This document shows, piece after piece, positions 38,378 to 53,300 of a stretch of DNA of 64,000 nt. Each line of letters starts with the position of its first letter. The first letter of the stretch is position 1. Source of the DNA: Balanoglossus misakiensis (taxonomy: Eukaryota; Animalia; Hemichordata). The stretch covers positions 7,819,573 to 7,883,572 of the forward strand of contig CM082594.2 of NCBI GenBank assembly GCA_040954595.2, read 5' to 3'. The notes under the pieces are model-generated. The model made no database searches and was not told where the DNA came from. It saw only the letters and a list, made by a program, of their open reading frames with translations. The position numbers were made by a program, and so were the translations under genes.

Positions 38378-41300
38378 CCCTCATCATCATCATCACCGAC
38401 ACCATCACCATCACCATCACCATCACCATCACCACCATCATAATCATCACAATTAAAAATTCCTGTAAAAAATCTGCAGATGTTCAATACTTTGGACTTA
38501 CGATTTCCCGAATGCCAAGTAATATGGAATCCATCATCATTGTTAGAACTGTCACTATGGAACTGTATGTAGGCATAGGGTCCAGTTGTTGTGATTGGTG
38601 TTGGAGTAACAGTACTACAAAATTTGCCAAGGGATGTCGCAGTGTCTGTCAAACCATCACGAATCTGTTGAAAAGAAGAGACAAGTTCTTTAGAAATACA
38701 GTCTACTCTTCTTGTTTGACACTATTGACAATGATTATTATAGATCAAGTTTTAATTGTAAACTTACCTCAAGGTAGTCATATTCGCAAGTATCATGTTC
38801 TTCGATGGACACCAAAGCAAAGGTAAACGTGATGGAGTAGCCAGGTTCAACACTGATAGTCCATACACAGTCTGCATCATGTGGATAGACGCCGGGATAA
38901 CCAGGTGAGTTCACGGTTCCATGCTCTTCTCCTGTGATATCACCACCACACTCTACATACACACAGAATAAACCAATGGATAATCTTGTTAGTTAATCTG
39001 TACGGCCCATATGATCAAACGTCTTCATACTCTCATTGGTATGTGGTTTTTAGTCAAGTTATATAGCTTTGGCAGACAAGACAAGTGCTGATTTCTATTT
39101 TAAAATAACAAAACAGTATTTGTCTGGCAAAATAGACTTGTAGTTAGAGAGCTAATACTTGTAAGTACTGGTGTATAAGTGACACATACCAAAGGATATG
39201 CCACCAAGTAAAAAGTCATAAATATGCTAAACTAATTTTTACACACATTCAAAGTGAAAATGTGTTCAATTTTTGCCCAATGACCAACTGGTCAAGCTTT
39301 CTTGATTTGGATTATATCAAGATTTGATACAAAAGAGACTGGTTTGTACTACTTACGTGGGTCTTCACTTGTCCACTCTACCGCGATCCCAGTGCCACTC
39401 AAAGAGTTGTCACTTCGGAACCAGAAGTACAACTGATTATGGGTGCTGACGAACGGATCCGGAATAGTAGTGCCGCAGAACCGACCAATCAGATAGCCCG
39501 CCGTGCTAGATCCATCATGCACCTCCAGGAAGTCGTACTGGCAGTCGGAATGATCTTCAACGTCAAAGGCCGTGAAGGTGACACGGATTACCTGACGAAG
39601 AAAGATATCATGAAATTGTGATTCAAACCGATTGTTTTCTTTGGTAAGGTTGGGCCTCTAAAGAGGGAACTGGGGGTGAAAGGGTTAAGACAGATTTAGA
39701 CCAATTAGCAAAACTTAATTACCACTGTGTACTGGTACAGTTCTAGATGTTTATCATTAAACCGCCTCTGTAAGTAATAATAGTAACTCTTCATATTTCC
39801 AAAACATGTATTTACCTTGCCTCTGGTTGTGCTTATTCGCCAAGCACAGCTGGCACCATCCGGATATTCCGTGCCTCCTTGTGTCGGGAATCGGAATGAC
39901 CCAGTCTCTCCATCCAACGCACCACCACACCCTGGAATTGACAAATATTCCAGGTCACTTTCCATTGACACACGGATAGTTACTGTATATTGCGTGAGGC
40001 AGATCGCAGAAATCTAATATGAACTCAGCAAGGACAAAACTTCTCAGGCTAAAGTAACAGCAGATTCATTTCCACATACCTACGTCTTCCTGCTCACAGT
40101 TGTCACCTGTAAACCCAGTGTCGCACGTACAAGAATATCCGTTGACACCATCCACACAGGTACCTCCATTTTGACAAGGGTTTGATGAACATTCGTTGAC
40201 ATTGACGTCACAATTCTGGCCACTCCAGCCCGGGTCGCAGACACAAAAGTATGTAGTGCCTTGCGTCTGCAATGGACATTTGAAAAAAAAATATCAATAA
40301 TAAAAATAGTAGTTCTGTAGACATCACACTGAATGCAGAATGTCCTCATGATTATTGTTTGATTATTAATAAAATAAATGTTACTCTTTTACCCCATATC
40401 CTCTCTCAGAGGAGGCAAGCCACCTTTACCTCTATGTCTGTCTATATCTTCTAAAGAAACAATCCTTATCTGTTAATTACCCTGGCTAATCCCATTTATT
40501 AGTTTTTCCAAGAGATATATCATTCACACAGGATTAACCCATACACAAACACTGCCTGGTCAGCTGGCTATCAGCTGACCACACAATGTTTGGACTGGAA
40601 ACAGAGACTTACCTGACAATAGCCATTGACACAGGGGTTGTCACTGCAAGTCACTTGAGGTTCCGAAGGTTCACATCCATCAGATCCAACACCATTGCCA
40701 GCATAACCTGAGGGACATGTACACGTCCGGAAGGTATCTCCAAGTGCTGTACAAAAAGAATGCACAAAAAACAAAATTACCTTGCTGAAGACATGCTTAG
40801 TGAGATGAAGCATCTTCAAAACACTTTTCCGTACTCAAAGTACAACCTCTAAGTTTCTAAAAAGCAGATTTCTTCATTAATGGTCAAGAATTTAAAATAA
40901 TTACCTGGATTTTCTTCACATGTTGCCAGTGGATAACAGCCCCCGTTGTTCTGTGAGCAAATTCCTACAAATCTACAAGTGACACCATTGCCTTCATATG
41001 CTGTGAAAAAAAGATGTATAAAGATTACTTAGTCAAGTCACGCTTCAACCATTGTTATGTTCAATTGCGAGGAGGGGCCAGTAAAAAGAGAAATGATGAG
41101 AAGACAAAAGAATTCTTTGTCTCCATATCTGGGAAAATGCATCTGTAGCAAGTCAATAGCCAGGGGAAAAATTCTGCAGAAAACCCCATCATATTGCCTA
41201 TCATACCTGGTGGACAATCTCCGCATATCCTTGATCCAATAGTGTTGATGCATTGTACCATGGGAGCAGATGAACAGCCTCCATTGTCAGTCTCGCATTC

Positions 41301-44300
41301 GTTGATATCTGCACACTGGAATCCATTCCCAGAGTAACCTGAAATGAGATGTCAGAGACTACATGTATAACTGTACAAGTCACCGTCAATGACCTAGACC
41401 CCACTGGATCAACATTAGTATATGCTTGCAAGGCAAGTAAAAGCATCGTACTGACATGACCAATAAACTTGTGTGAAGTATCTTAGAATCGTTGGAATAC
41501 TGAAAGAACAGGAAGAAAAAATTCCATGTTTATCCCAAATCTCACCTGCTGGACATGGGGCACAGTAGAATGTTCCGGGAACGTTGATGCACATGACTTG
41601 TGGATCGTGCGAACATGGATAGGATTGACTCTCAGTGCACTCATCCACATCCTTGGTGCAGGCCGGACTGTTGGAGGCCGGATCAGCCTTCCAACCGGGG
41701 TCACACACACATGTATAACGGGGCTGGAAAAAAATTACACAGTCAAATATGAAATTGCAAAACTTGCAACTTAAATTGTCTCACAATTTCCTGGTAAAAT
41801 CATTCAGATGATTCAATGAATTAAAAACGTTTGAAGCTTGTTGAACATACCGTTCTCTGTTAGGGGGGTATTCATACTAACCTGATCAGGATTAGTTCGT
41901 TCGACATCGATACAGAGACCATTGCCACAGAGTTCATATTGAGAGCCGCCATTGCAGTCATCATGAGCAGATGTACAGTGCAGGCCGTACCAATTAGGAG
42001 CGCAGTCACACCTGGAGTAATGCAGGATAATGTTCTTGTTATTCATTGGTCAGTTCAGCTTATCATGTGACCATGCATGATCATGTATCCAATTGCGCGC
42101 CCCTTACAAAAAAACATTCTATACTATAGACATCTATAGTATTCTATAACCTATTGAATTTCTATGGAAGTTTATAGAGTTTCCATGGACATCTATAGAT
42201 TTCTATGTAGTTTTGGACTTTGTTTTCTACAGAAAGAAAGAGAGAGATAGACAGAGAGCGCTCAAACCTGTAGCCGCCATCAATGTTGACACATGTAGCA
42301 CCATTCTGACAACCAAGATCTGTGCCTAAGAAATCATAACACTCGTTCACATCCTCCGAACATGTTCGCCCCTGCAGAGAAAGAGAGAGAAAGAAAGAAA
42401 CTTTGGTTTGGCTAGTTTGTATTTTATGCTATGAATGAACGGACTGAAGGTAAATGGATGCTTGTTGGTCATTAACCAGGAACAGTGGGCATTGGTATTA
42501 AACCACACCTAGAAACGGTTGCTATGCACTCCTACATAAGCAATTTCCCTAGAGAAAACGCAATCACAAGATCTCCAAACTCACCATCCAGGCAGGTGGA
42601 CATCTGCACTGGAAACTGTTGTAGAGATTGATACAGGTACCACCATTCACACAAGGATTACTTGAACATTCATCTTTCACCAAATCCTGTCAGCGATAAA
42701 AGAAGCAAAAATGAGACTAAATAATCTTGACGAACCACATGTTCAATATTGTGTAAATAATTGACATACATGTATTGTGTACATAGTTGAAAACTTAATT
42801 TATTGGGTATGCTTACATTTTCAATGGCTTCCACGTTATCTTCCAAGGCAGACACCTACAGGGTTGGATAATGATGAAGTGAAGTCAATACATTGGATAA
42901 TTTATACATATAAAACAACTACCAATGATGTGTTTCCTCTTTGACAACACACACACTCTCTCTCTCTATCACTCCGCCCCCCCCCCCCCCCCTTCTCTAT
43001 CTCTCACTCTTGCCCCCCTCCTCACTCTTCTGTGGTTTATGCCAAGATGATATTCTGAATAGGTTGGTGGTGTTAACTATGCCCCCATATGTAACACATG
43101 TTTTCGTGGTTTTCTTTGAGAGCACAGGAGCTAAAAACAAATTCTGGGTTTCATCAAAGACCTACCCTCTGTGAGATATCCCCGGGCACAGTCGATCCAC
43201 CACCATTCTCGATCGCCGTAACTCGAGTCTTCAAATTTGCAATCTCTGTGTTGATGTTGTTCAGCTGAGATTGTACATCGCTTGGTATGTTGGCTAGTTG
43301 GTTTTTAATACTTTGGATATCAGCTATGTTCTGTTGGGCCTGCAAGATGAAAGTGAGACAACTTTAATTTCAATAGACATTTTAATCAGTTTCAGGCGGT
43401 TCTTCAAACAATATGATATAAACAAACCAAGGTAACTTATTACATGTTTCACATTTTTCCTCATTTCATTCAAATACATTGTTTGTATAGTGCCTCAAAG
43501 AATATTCTTGGGTATTTAAACTTACTCCCCTTAAAAAGTACACATACATGAACCTTTGTTTTTTTTCTATTCATACAAACATGTATTCGCACATAAACAT
43601 GTTTACAATTTTCAAGCTGTGCTTATTTGACCAAAAGTAATTATGAAGATATCCAATTACATAACATCTATCTTACACTGTTGTCAAGGCAACTAAGGAG
43701 TCTCATGATGTTTTGACTTTGGAACAATGGATTTTTGGGATTCCAGCCTGGAGCAAGCCACCTGAAACCCACTGTTTTTGCCCCCACAGATGTTTTAGAT
43801 TGAGCACAGAAATTTGATGTCTGGCCAAAATTACATGTACCCCTCAGAGGGAGTCATTGCCATGAATCTGGTTCATTCCGCTTATAATACAAATGGGTCA
43901 GAGAGCAAAAATGGGCAACATAATCTCCATGCCAAAAGAGCTATTAGGTAAAACATTCTTTCCAAAGTCTAATACGATCCAAAGTTGCATACCACCTCTC
44001 AAATCAAGCTATGTACAATTACAACTGTTAGAGAATAATAATATGTCATTTTCTTAAGTGAAATTTGACGACAAAAAATGATTTCGGCATTAAAAACAAA
44101 AGCAATATAAATATTTATCACAGAGGGCGGTTACCCACAGCTGTCTATGGCTCTTTCTGACCAAATACAATTTTATACAATCTGTATTGCCAAGGAATTC
44201 AAATTTTGCATGGTCATTGCACTCTTTGTATGACATGGTCACCCATGAAGACATTTTTACTGTACAGTACCATAAATAAAGGACATGAAATTGTTAAAAG

Positions 44301-47300
44301 AAAAACTCCTCATATTTCAGTACCTTGTGAAGCCCCCATTTATATTTGTTTGGCATGTGTCCACGTTCTAAAATCACATTACATATGATTGACTGCCATA
44401 ACAGCTTTATATTAATGTGTGAATTTATGATAATATTTGGAAATATTATATCCTATAACAACTAAATGCAATTCTTATGCCAACCCATTTCAAGGACTTT
44501 TGCGGTTGACCCATATCAGTTTCCATATGCCAGAAGAGGCCACACTTTTATATCTCTAATCTGTAATTTTGTCAAACTGCAGGTCAGCCACTGAAGTATA
44601 GATTTACACGTATGCAACAATATTATCTTATGTGGGTCATGAAATTTTACAAGCAAAACCACAGTATCACAAAAGACAGTATCCCTCTGACATACATGTG
44701 CTTCAGTACACGTGTATAATAAAGTAAGATCTTTTTGGATACACATTCATTTCATTCTATTGGTTGCGTCATTGATTTTAGAGGGGGGGGGGGTAATTGC
44801 TGGGGTTAGTGGTAGTGTATGTGTTGGTATGCGTGCTGATACAGAAAGGTTTAGTTGGATGTTCGCACTTCCTAACTTTTGTTTAGGGGAGGTGGGGATG
44901 GGTGGGTTGAGGTGAAAAGTAATTATAGTTGTGTTAACCACACACATCCACGGCCCTTTCTGTGACACTGACATAGGTACATCAAACGAACATATGTTCT
45001 TTCAGGTACTGAACAACAACAATTGCTCCTTGTCAACTCTGGGGCAGCAAATTGAGATCACAAACTCAAAGGTACATTGACCATTTTGTGAACAGCGATT
45101 TTCGAACGACTGTGGAACAATTAGAATCCTTGACCACTACCCCGTCACCTCATTTCAAGGTCGACTTCCTATGAAACTGGACAAAAACAACATATATAAA
45201 GAAAGTATAAAGAGAGTTCCACACCTATGGGCTTCAGGCGCGCAACCTGAATGGGTCCCATTGATTCAAAGTTATTAAACGGGCCAAGGACACTGATATA
45301 AATTTTCAGCAGAAACCTACGCGGGTACATCTCGCATTATTTACATAATTTATGACGCAGTGGATGAATACGTTTGATTGAATTCATGCCAAGGAACCTC
45401 CAAACCAAAAGTCAAATTAATTAGGTGAGTTTCTGAAAACTGCGAGCTACCTTTTGTCAGGCTATATAACAGGGCCCGTTCTGACACAGCCCATAAAGAC
45501 AGTTCGGAACTTTGAACTGAAGAGGGCATGATAAACCGTATGAAATACTACGCGTATTGGACGCGAACTCGTCTGGTTGTTTGTAAAGCACAAATACTGA
45601 CTCCAAAACATTGTCATGCAGTTTTACCAGGTCTGATCATGACAAAATGAAATATCGTGGTACTTGAGATCAAATGCACTTGTTGTCTCCTATGCAAACG
45701 AGGCCACTACCTGGCTCCAAGTGTGCATTGTCAGACTGGTCACGCGCGTCATCAAAAAGTGGCAAATTTCGCCAGTTGTGCCCATACTTCACGAACAATA
45801 GACAATACATCTTCAGCATACAAAGTCACTCTTTTTGATTGGTCCCCCCCCCTTCCTCTTTTGTCCTGGGGTTTCAAGGGAAACTTCAAAAATCTTTTCA
45901 AAAAAAGTTTGTTATCAACAAACAAACACATACACATGTATTTCTGGTCGAACAATTGCGTGACATTCGCTTGTCCTCAACCTCTTTAACAAGTCTTAAG
46001 ATTCCATAAGGTATGTCCTTCAAAATAAGTGGTATGTGGTTGCGCACTTTGTGATGACTTTAAATACCGCTGCTAGGAGAGAGCCACCTTACCCTGCCCT
46101 AATTGAATATCAATAGGATATAGGCCAGGTTAGGCTCTCACTCTCTGAAGAGCCCTTTCACTGACATGTGAATGCTTTGTCAAAAAGGCCCCTTTTCCAG
46201 GTACGTATTCTCTTGTTTGGCATTGTGCCTGACAATAAATAGAGGACCCTGGGACAATCAGGGAGTGTTGCTGTCTAGACCACTGAAGCGAGGGTGTTTT
46301 CTTGGGGGACAACAATACCCTGCGCTATTCATCATATTGTCTATTATTGAATCAAGACATTATACTTCCATGCATGATGTGTTTCCACGGGGTGCTTCAT
46401 TTTAAACCCTTTCACCACCATGGTTCAGTCCCCATCTATTGTTTTCTGTGGTAAGGTTGGACCTCTGTAGGAGAGAACTGGGGATGAAAGGTTAAGCCGA
46501 GTTAGAGGAATTTTCTACTTTGTGACAAAAGGATACGTCTCCTGCTGGTACTTGGTGAAAAAAATGTGAATGACCATCCAAAACCTCTTTCAAACAAATA
46601 TTGACATGTTCACCTGACATCATTGTTGTTTGTTGTGCAAAGGTTCTGCTCTATATTTCTAACTTCAGCCAAATTTCAAATGAACATAAAGTTGACCAAA
46701 ATCATCTAGAATTGTCACACACAACAATTCTCAGTGTGTCCTAGCCTCTATCTAGCATGATCTTTAAAAGTTCTTAGTCAAGCTGAGAATTTTAAGAAAT
46801 TTTTTTGCATGATCACTTTCATAGCAACACCTTTGTAGGTTACTTTTCTTGCATCGCCAATGAGTTTCTTGAGTCAGTGGTAGTTATAAGGGCTACGAGG
46901 GCAGACTATTGATTCTATGCTACTGTAAAACACAACTAATATTTCACTTTTGATAAACTGGTCCCTTGTCGTTGGCAAATGATGGCTTAATTATTAGGTA
47001 AGTCAAACAAGTTCAAACCAAAAGCAGTGAAGTTGAATATCTGTAGGTGAAGCTTTGAATGGGCAAAATCTAAAAATGTTACCAGCCCTTTGTTGTCTGC
47101 AGAAACTAGATTGTTCAGCCCTACCATTCAGAAGATGCAATAGAAAGACTTCGCAACCAACAAAGGGCTTTGAAAGAGTCTAACCCACAAACAGAAGGGG
47201 GGCCGGTCCAGCTGACACTCAGTGGTTTAATCATTTCACATGGAGATACAGGTGTACCGGTATATTGGATTAGTTTTGTTGCTGTGCTCTTAGATTTACC

Positions 47301-50300
47301 GTGTTACTTGTAAACTTTAATGTACTGGGGAAACATCTTACGACTGCGACAAAAACTAAAGCAGCAAAATGACTTCTGGTGTGTACTCTTGTCACCAGCT
47401 TGTTGTTTTCGTCTGAAAGATGTTAACGCCCTAAGTCATTTATGTCCATATACACCTGTGTGTGAAAATGTTGGCCCTGGTCTCACTCTCAGGATATGCT
47501 CTAGCAGTTGTGTATGACAGAAACGCTGGTTAATTGACAACAGTGCCACAAATGCCATGCGCGCAAAAGATGTCCCATATATTCATGTTGATGATCTATG
47601 GGGGAAGGTCTTGGTTTAATGACTGAGGTAATATTAATATTATCTTGAAATCGCCCCAGCAAATTAAACTGTAATGTGATCGATCTCTGATTTGGCACTG
47701 CAGCTTGTTGATGTTTTAAACTCTCAGTTTTCCCATGTTCTCATATGTAGCTAAGTAAGTTCAGATTTTGGTTTTGATTTAAGTCTCAGATTACAGCTAC
47801 AAGGCATGGGTTGATGAGTCTTTAAGGGAAGAACCACTTGATTTTTTTTTGGGGGGTGGAGGATATTTGGAGAAGGAAAGAAATGTTGGCAGTTGATGTG
47901 GAGGAAACATTTTTTTTCTGCAATGCCTTGAAGAAAAAGGTGGACTGGCAATGGACTAACGAAATTTGCTGTAACAGTGGCTGAAAGAAAATTTCCTGAC
48001 ATACCAAAATCCTCCGTCACCCCCCCCCCCTCCAGAAATCAAATAGTTCTCCCCTAAGTGGCAACAACCTTGGTCTGTGGAAAGTCAAGATGCAATTTCA
48101 GTTGTGTGCATGGAACCCCACTGTGGCAAAAATTTGTCATTAAAATATATCCATCAACGCAGTGCTCATATTTTGTGTGTGATGTGAAAATTCAAAGAGC
48201 GAAATTCGAAGTGTCCCGTCCGAACAGTGAAATGCAAATATTCCAAGCGACTCATCTGAGAGCGAAATTCCAAGTGTCCTTTCTGAAGAGTGAAATGCCA
48301 AAATTCACAAACAGTCCAATAAAATAGTTGATATGAGGTAGGGATGAGGTCACAATATGTAGCTGATACAACCATTTTTTCAATGACACTTTTCATCCTT
48401 GCTATCAGCAACTTGTGTAGTTTTGATTAACACATGATGTAATCATTCTCACCCATGTTGTATCAGAACTGGCAGTTTAGAATTTCAAAATAAACTCATA
48501 TTACCATATACCATTTCGAAAAACATATTTCGTCTCAATGTATTTCATTTGTAAATCCTATCATAACTTTCTGGGGAAGTGTCATTTTCACAAACAGGCA
48601 TACTTCGGAACTTTCAACACTGATGATTACCATGGTAACAAGAGTACACATAGAATATGTCATGACATTAAACCCAGGAAAACAACACAAACCAGCCGAC
48701 TTATAGTAATACAACTGAAAAACAATGAAATTCAAGGAAATAAACATTTCAATTATTCAGTGTTGTAGAGGAGGAAACAACTTTTCCATGTGGTATCTCT
48801 TACAGAAACATAAAACTTATGACATTTCCATTCAAAAAAGTAATCTTAGATGACAAAACACTACATGACTGGAAATTGTCATGGAACACTATGAAACTAG
48901 AATTAAGTTTATGTAGTCAAATGATAATAAATATTTTATGTCTTCCTATTTCTAGTGAAGTCTGACTAAATACCAATTTATATTTAAACCACATCAGTTG
49001 CATGGTTACAAAACTCAATTACTCTTATTCGTCAGAAATTAAGTCACCTTCTCACACTGTCGGAAATCTGCCGCGTGATCTTATTTCAAAACCCTGTCTG
49101 AAAATGATCAGTAACGAAAAACTGGACATTAAAAATGATACACATTATGGAAACTGCAATCTCATTCATACTCATGCGTCCCGCCAAACTCATCAAGCTC
49201 AAATTTCCCAGGAAGGATACTAGAATTTTAAACAGTTTGCACTTGGGGGCATTTGGGTCACACTGTCGCTCCGAGAGTAAAACCTCTTCCCAGCATGCCT
49301 TCTTCCTAGGTGGTGGCCCCTTTAACTTTTATCATTCGATATGGTTCCCTGATACTAATCAAATTGCTTTACATCAATAGATTTGTTGAACTCATGCCCA
49401 CACAGATAGTACCCGTGTATTCAATATGAAACCACAAGTTTAATGATACACACTTCCTTTTTCGGATCCACTGTATTAATACTCTACAATAACTTGGATG
49501 TCAAATGCAGTTTTCTGGCTAGAGTTCCATAATGACATGTGCAATGGTCATCATTGGTTTTCTTTTGCTGAAAATGTTTTTTTGATAGAAATTACATATT
49601 TATTTATGTGTACCTCACAGACTTGGGGATGTTTTAAAGTTAATTCCATTCAAAGCTGATTAGTGAACCCTCGTCAAGAGATTTAAAGTCATGGTTTCAC
49701 AAACTGTATTTGGGTCAATTTAAGTACACCTCATTGATGTTTCTTCATTGTCCTTTCATGGACATACAATACGCTTTGCATAAAAGGAATGCGTATTCAC
49801 AACAGAGGAACTATACTTTCTTTCACAAAAGGTGTATACTTCTCTGAGTCTGTGTCTATCACGTGAAATACACATACCAGGCTTTTTTCTGGGGGCGTAT
49901 CCCACAAATATATTTTGTGTTTATTTGCAACTGTACACCCGTATATGCACAACCAACATCCTGCTCCGGATCATATGCATATATAAAATAGTTTCCATGG
50001 TATTTTTGTATCGTTCTGAACAAGTTCTGTGAGCTTGAGAGTTTGTGTGCATGAAATTGTAAACAACTCTTTTAAATTTTTGTTGTCACACTTCCCTCAG
50101 TCCAAGCAGTATCTTGACAATTCTCTGATTACCCTCACCATGTCATTTTCATGACCCCTACACATGACCTTTACATCCTGGCATTTTGATGGTATGTGAT
50201 GAGTTTACCAATTTGAGTTTAACCTCTGGAACAGTCAACCGCACCATTCAATTTGTGCACTCTGACAGATCCTAGAACAACGAAAAATAATTATGTCCGT

Positions 50301-53300
50301 CTCAAAACAGTGAACATTGTTTGTAATGTCCAATGAAGCGTGATGCTGGGCTAACAAAAGACCAGGATGCATTAGGTCACCCAGGAGTCACGTAAGTGGC
50401 CCGTTGCCAATTGTGACAAAACTAGAAAAGATTGGCTGGAAGGAGGAAGCATGTAATGCTACACAACTACAATCAGTACGTGTTCACGCCAGTCTATTGT
50501 TACCAGCATAGACGGTCTATGTATTAAGGACTGTATGTACTTTAAGTTTTTCATCACAAATGATTTAGCACTTGGGGGTACATATAGGCAGTGACATACA
50601 ATGTGACCACAGTTACTTTAGCCTGGGTTAATTATGCAAACATTGAATTACTATTAACGTTCAAATTCAACATTTGAACCAATCATAAACTGCCATTTCA
50701 AGGCACAGGTGGGAGTAAATGACCTATTTCACTTTCATTCAAACAAAACTGGTTTTTTATGGTGTCATCATCACATCTAAAATCTGGTGTTGAGCCAAAA
50801 GTCACAGGAGTGAAATTTTAGTGTGAAAATTAAACTGCTCTTCACATTCACTACCAAACCTCATGTTTTTCAAACGGATGCCCTTGAAAATTGGGGGAAT
50901 TGAGGTCTGGAATTTGAAACTAGGGGGTGTGGATAATGCGCAAATATGTCAGTGACTATAAATCACAATAATAGAGAATATAAAGAACTATGTATACGTT
51001 TATGTGTTTAGTTTACACTTTGAGACCCCACTCAAAAATGTTAAGTACCAGATATGCACAATCTTATCAGAACTGTAGTTTTAAAGTTAACTATCAAGAT
51101 AAGAACAAACTTATTCACAATTTCATATCAATAAATTGTGATTAGCGTACCGCATCTCTATGATACAGTTCTCGTCGTCCGAACAGATTTTTAACTTTCA
51201 ATTATTTACATACAATGAACATAAGTGGGGCAAACTCAAGTGTTAACACAGAGGTCATTAAACCTTACCTAGCCAACCACAGTATTCAAGGACAGTGATT
51301 GCTTAGGGGGGTTCAGACTGGACAGTTTAAGGCAGTGTGTAGCACTGGTGCTGGGCCTGGGCTAGCCTAGTATCAAGCCGTATTTAGTCCGCTTTAGTTT
51401 TGGAAGCAAAGTGGACAAAATACAGCTAGTAACTAGGCTAGGCCTGGGCTGGCGTAAAATATTGAATGTGGAACGCTGCATTGGCCTATGGGTGACTTAA
51501 TTTGGTCCCGTTTTTTTAGGCGGATTCTAATTCGCATGTGTGGATGCATTATGTGGGGTTAGTGGACACTTTCACATGTTCATATGCAGCATGTAAAATG
51601 GCAGTTTGTTTCAATCAACAGTGAATAGGATATAAAGCTGAGCGACAACATAGCCATTTTAGTGTCAGGCAAACACAGTATATTTATCTAGGGGGGCGTA
51701 TCTCTTGTAGCAACTGGCAATTAAAAACCATCAAACAAAGGACCTGCATTGCATAAACGTTTCCAGGACACTTTTTATGAAAGCGAAGGGACTTTAAAAA
51801 CTTTCTTTATTTCCCACTTTGGCCGAAAACACCCCCTGGATGTCTGTTTTATCTAGGTTTATGCTTTACCACAAGGAGGAGGTGCTACTTCTCCTTGGAT
51901 GTAAAACGTAGTCTTGTTTGTGAAAGTCAACATTGTAAATTTCGTTTAAGCGTTACCGACTTGTAAATTTCAAGTGAGAGTGACGATGATCACCAGTTAC
52001 TGCAGTCAGACCATCATACACGGCAGACATTCTTGCTGTACAGGTATACACTCATTCAAACACACATTTAATTAGCAACAGTACAAAGACGCAATTTCCT
52101 ACCAACATTCATTTTCGACTACATTCTTTCTGATAAAAGTGCTTAGAAAATGACCTTCAACATCACTGATGACTGTCTCAGACTTTTCAAAACAGAAGTC
52201 TTGTCACTCCCCTTTGAGTCAATACATTAACTTTGCCCAGACATGTCAGATGCATTTTTATTTTGTCTAATGCACTCATAAACTGAAACGAAATTCCATT
52301 AAACAGTTCTGTCTGTGCGAGTTCAGAGATTTCATGTACTGATTTTCAATGTTCAGTGTATATTGGCATATATGTACGACTACAACATTACCACTACTAC
52401 TAAACAACAACAACAAAAACATCAATAATTTGCATAAGTTAGTACTGATTTGATATACCGGTAATAGTATGTACTTTTGTTAATTTTAAACTTTGGTGCA
52501 ACAGTCACACAGAATAAGAAGTGTTTTGAACAGTGGTGATTGCATCAGCCTGCAATACATTCCACTGAGTCACTGTGACACATGTAAGAAATGGGAGCAA
52601 AATAAGCCACCAAGTTCTGTTGACTTCTTGACCCAAAACTAGTTCGAATAGCTTGTACATAAACCCTTGCTACTAGGCGTGGTGATAGCTCTCCTTGGAT
52701 TCCAGCAACAAGTAAACTAAGATCAAGTACACGGAGGAGATAAACATTTCACACATGACAGGGTTGAAGTTCAACAACGAAAGTCAGTTCTTAGAACAAC
52801 CAACCTTAAGGTAGTACATGTACACGCCTCTAAAGTTGACCTTGAGCAAAATATGAGAGAAAGTTCAGACTTTGATTTTGCGAGGCGTTCTCTACCTTAA
52901 GGTCACTACACTCGCTGGAAGGACATCAACCTTACGAGTAGTATTTGTCTGAGAAATAAACAAGTCCCACCAAGGACAACCTCTTGGCAGTCCTTAAGGT
53001 AGCTGTCTGGTCCGGCCAGCAGTCTGTCATTTTGAATTTCATGTGTTGTCATGCATGTCAGGAGCTATCAAACTTCAAAAATAAGGAGGAAGTACTCTGT
53101 TTTTACATTACTAAAATAAAATATTAATACATATTTGGATTCCATAGTTGGAAAGGAGTTACCCTTTGAAATGTCCCTCAAAAACTGATAAACAGTCACC
53201 TTCCAAATTTTTAACCTTCAAGGTTTTTTTTAAAACAGTTCAAACTACCAAAAAACAAACAAAACCCTTCAAACACAGGAAATTAGGCAATGTCACTTGT

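Noticed and set aside
38201-38450. Poly-Ser and poly-Met ORFs
   Set aside because: Other frames of the (ATC)n microsatellite.
43700-45600. Possible degraded DNA-transposon fragments in cubilin intron 2
   Set aside because: No TIR pair, TSD or transposase ORF could be defined by eye.
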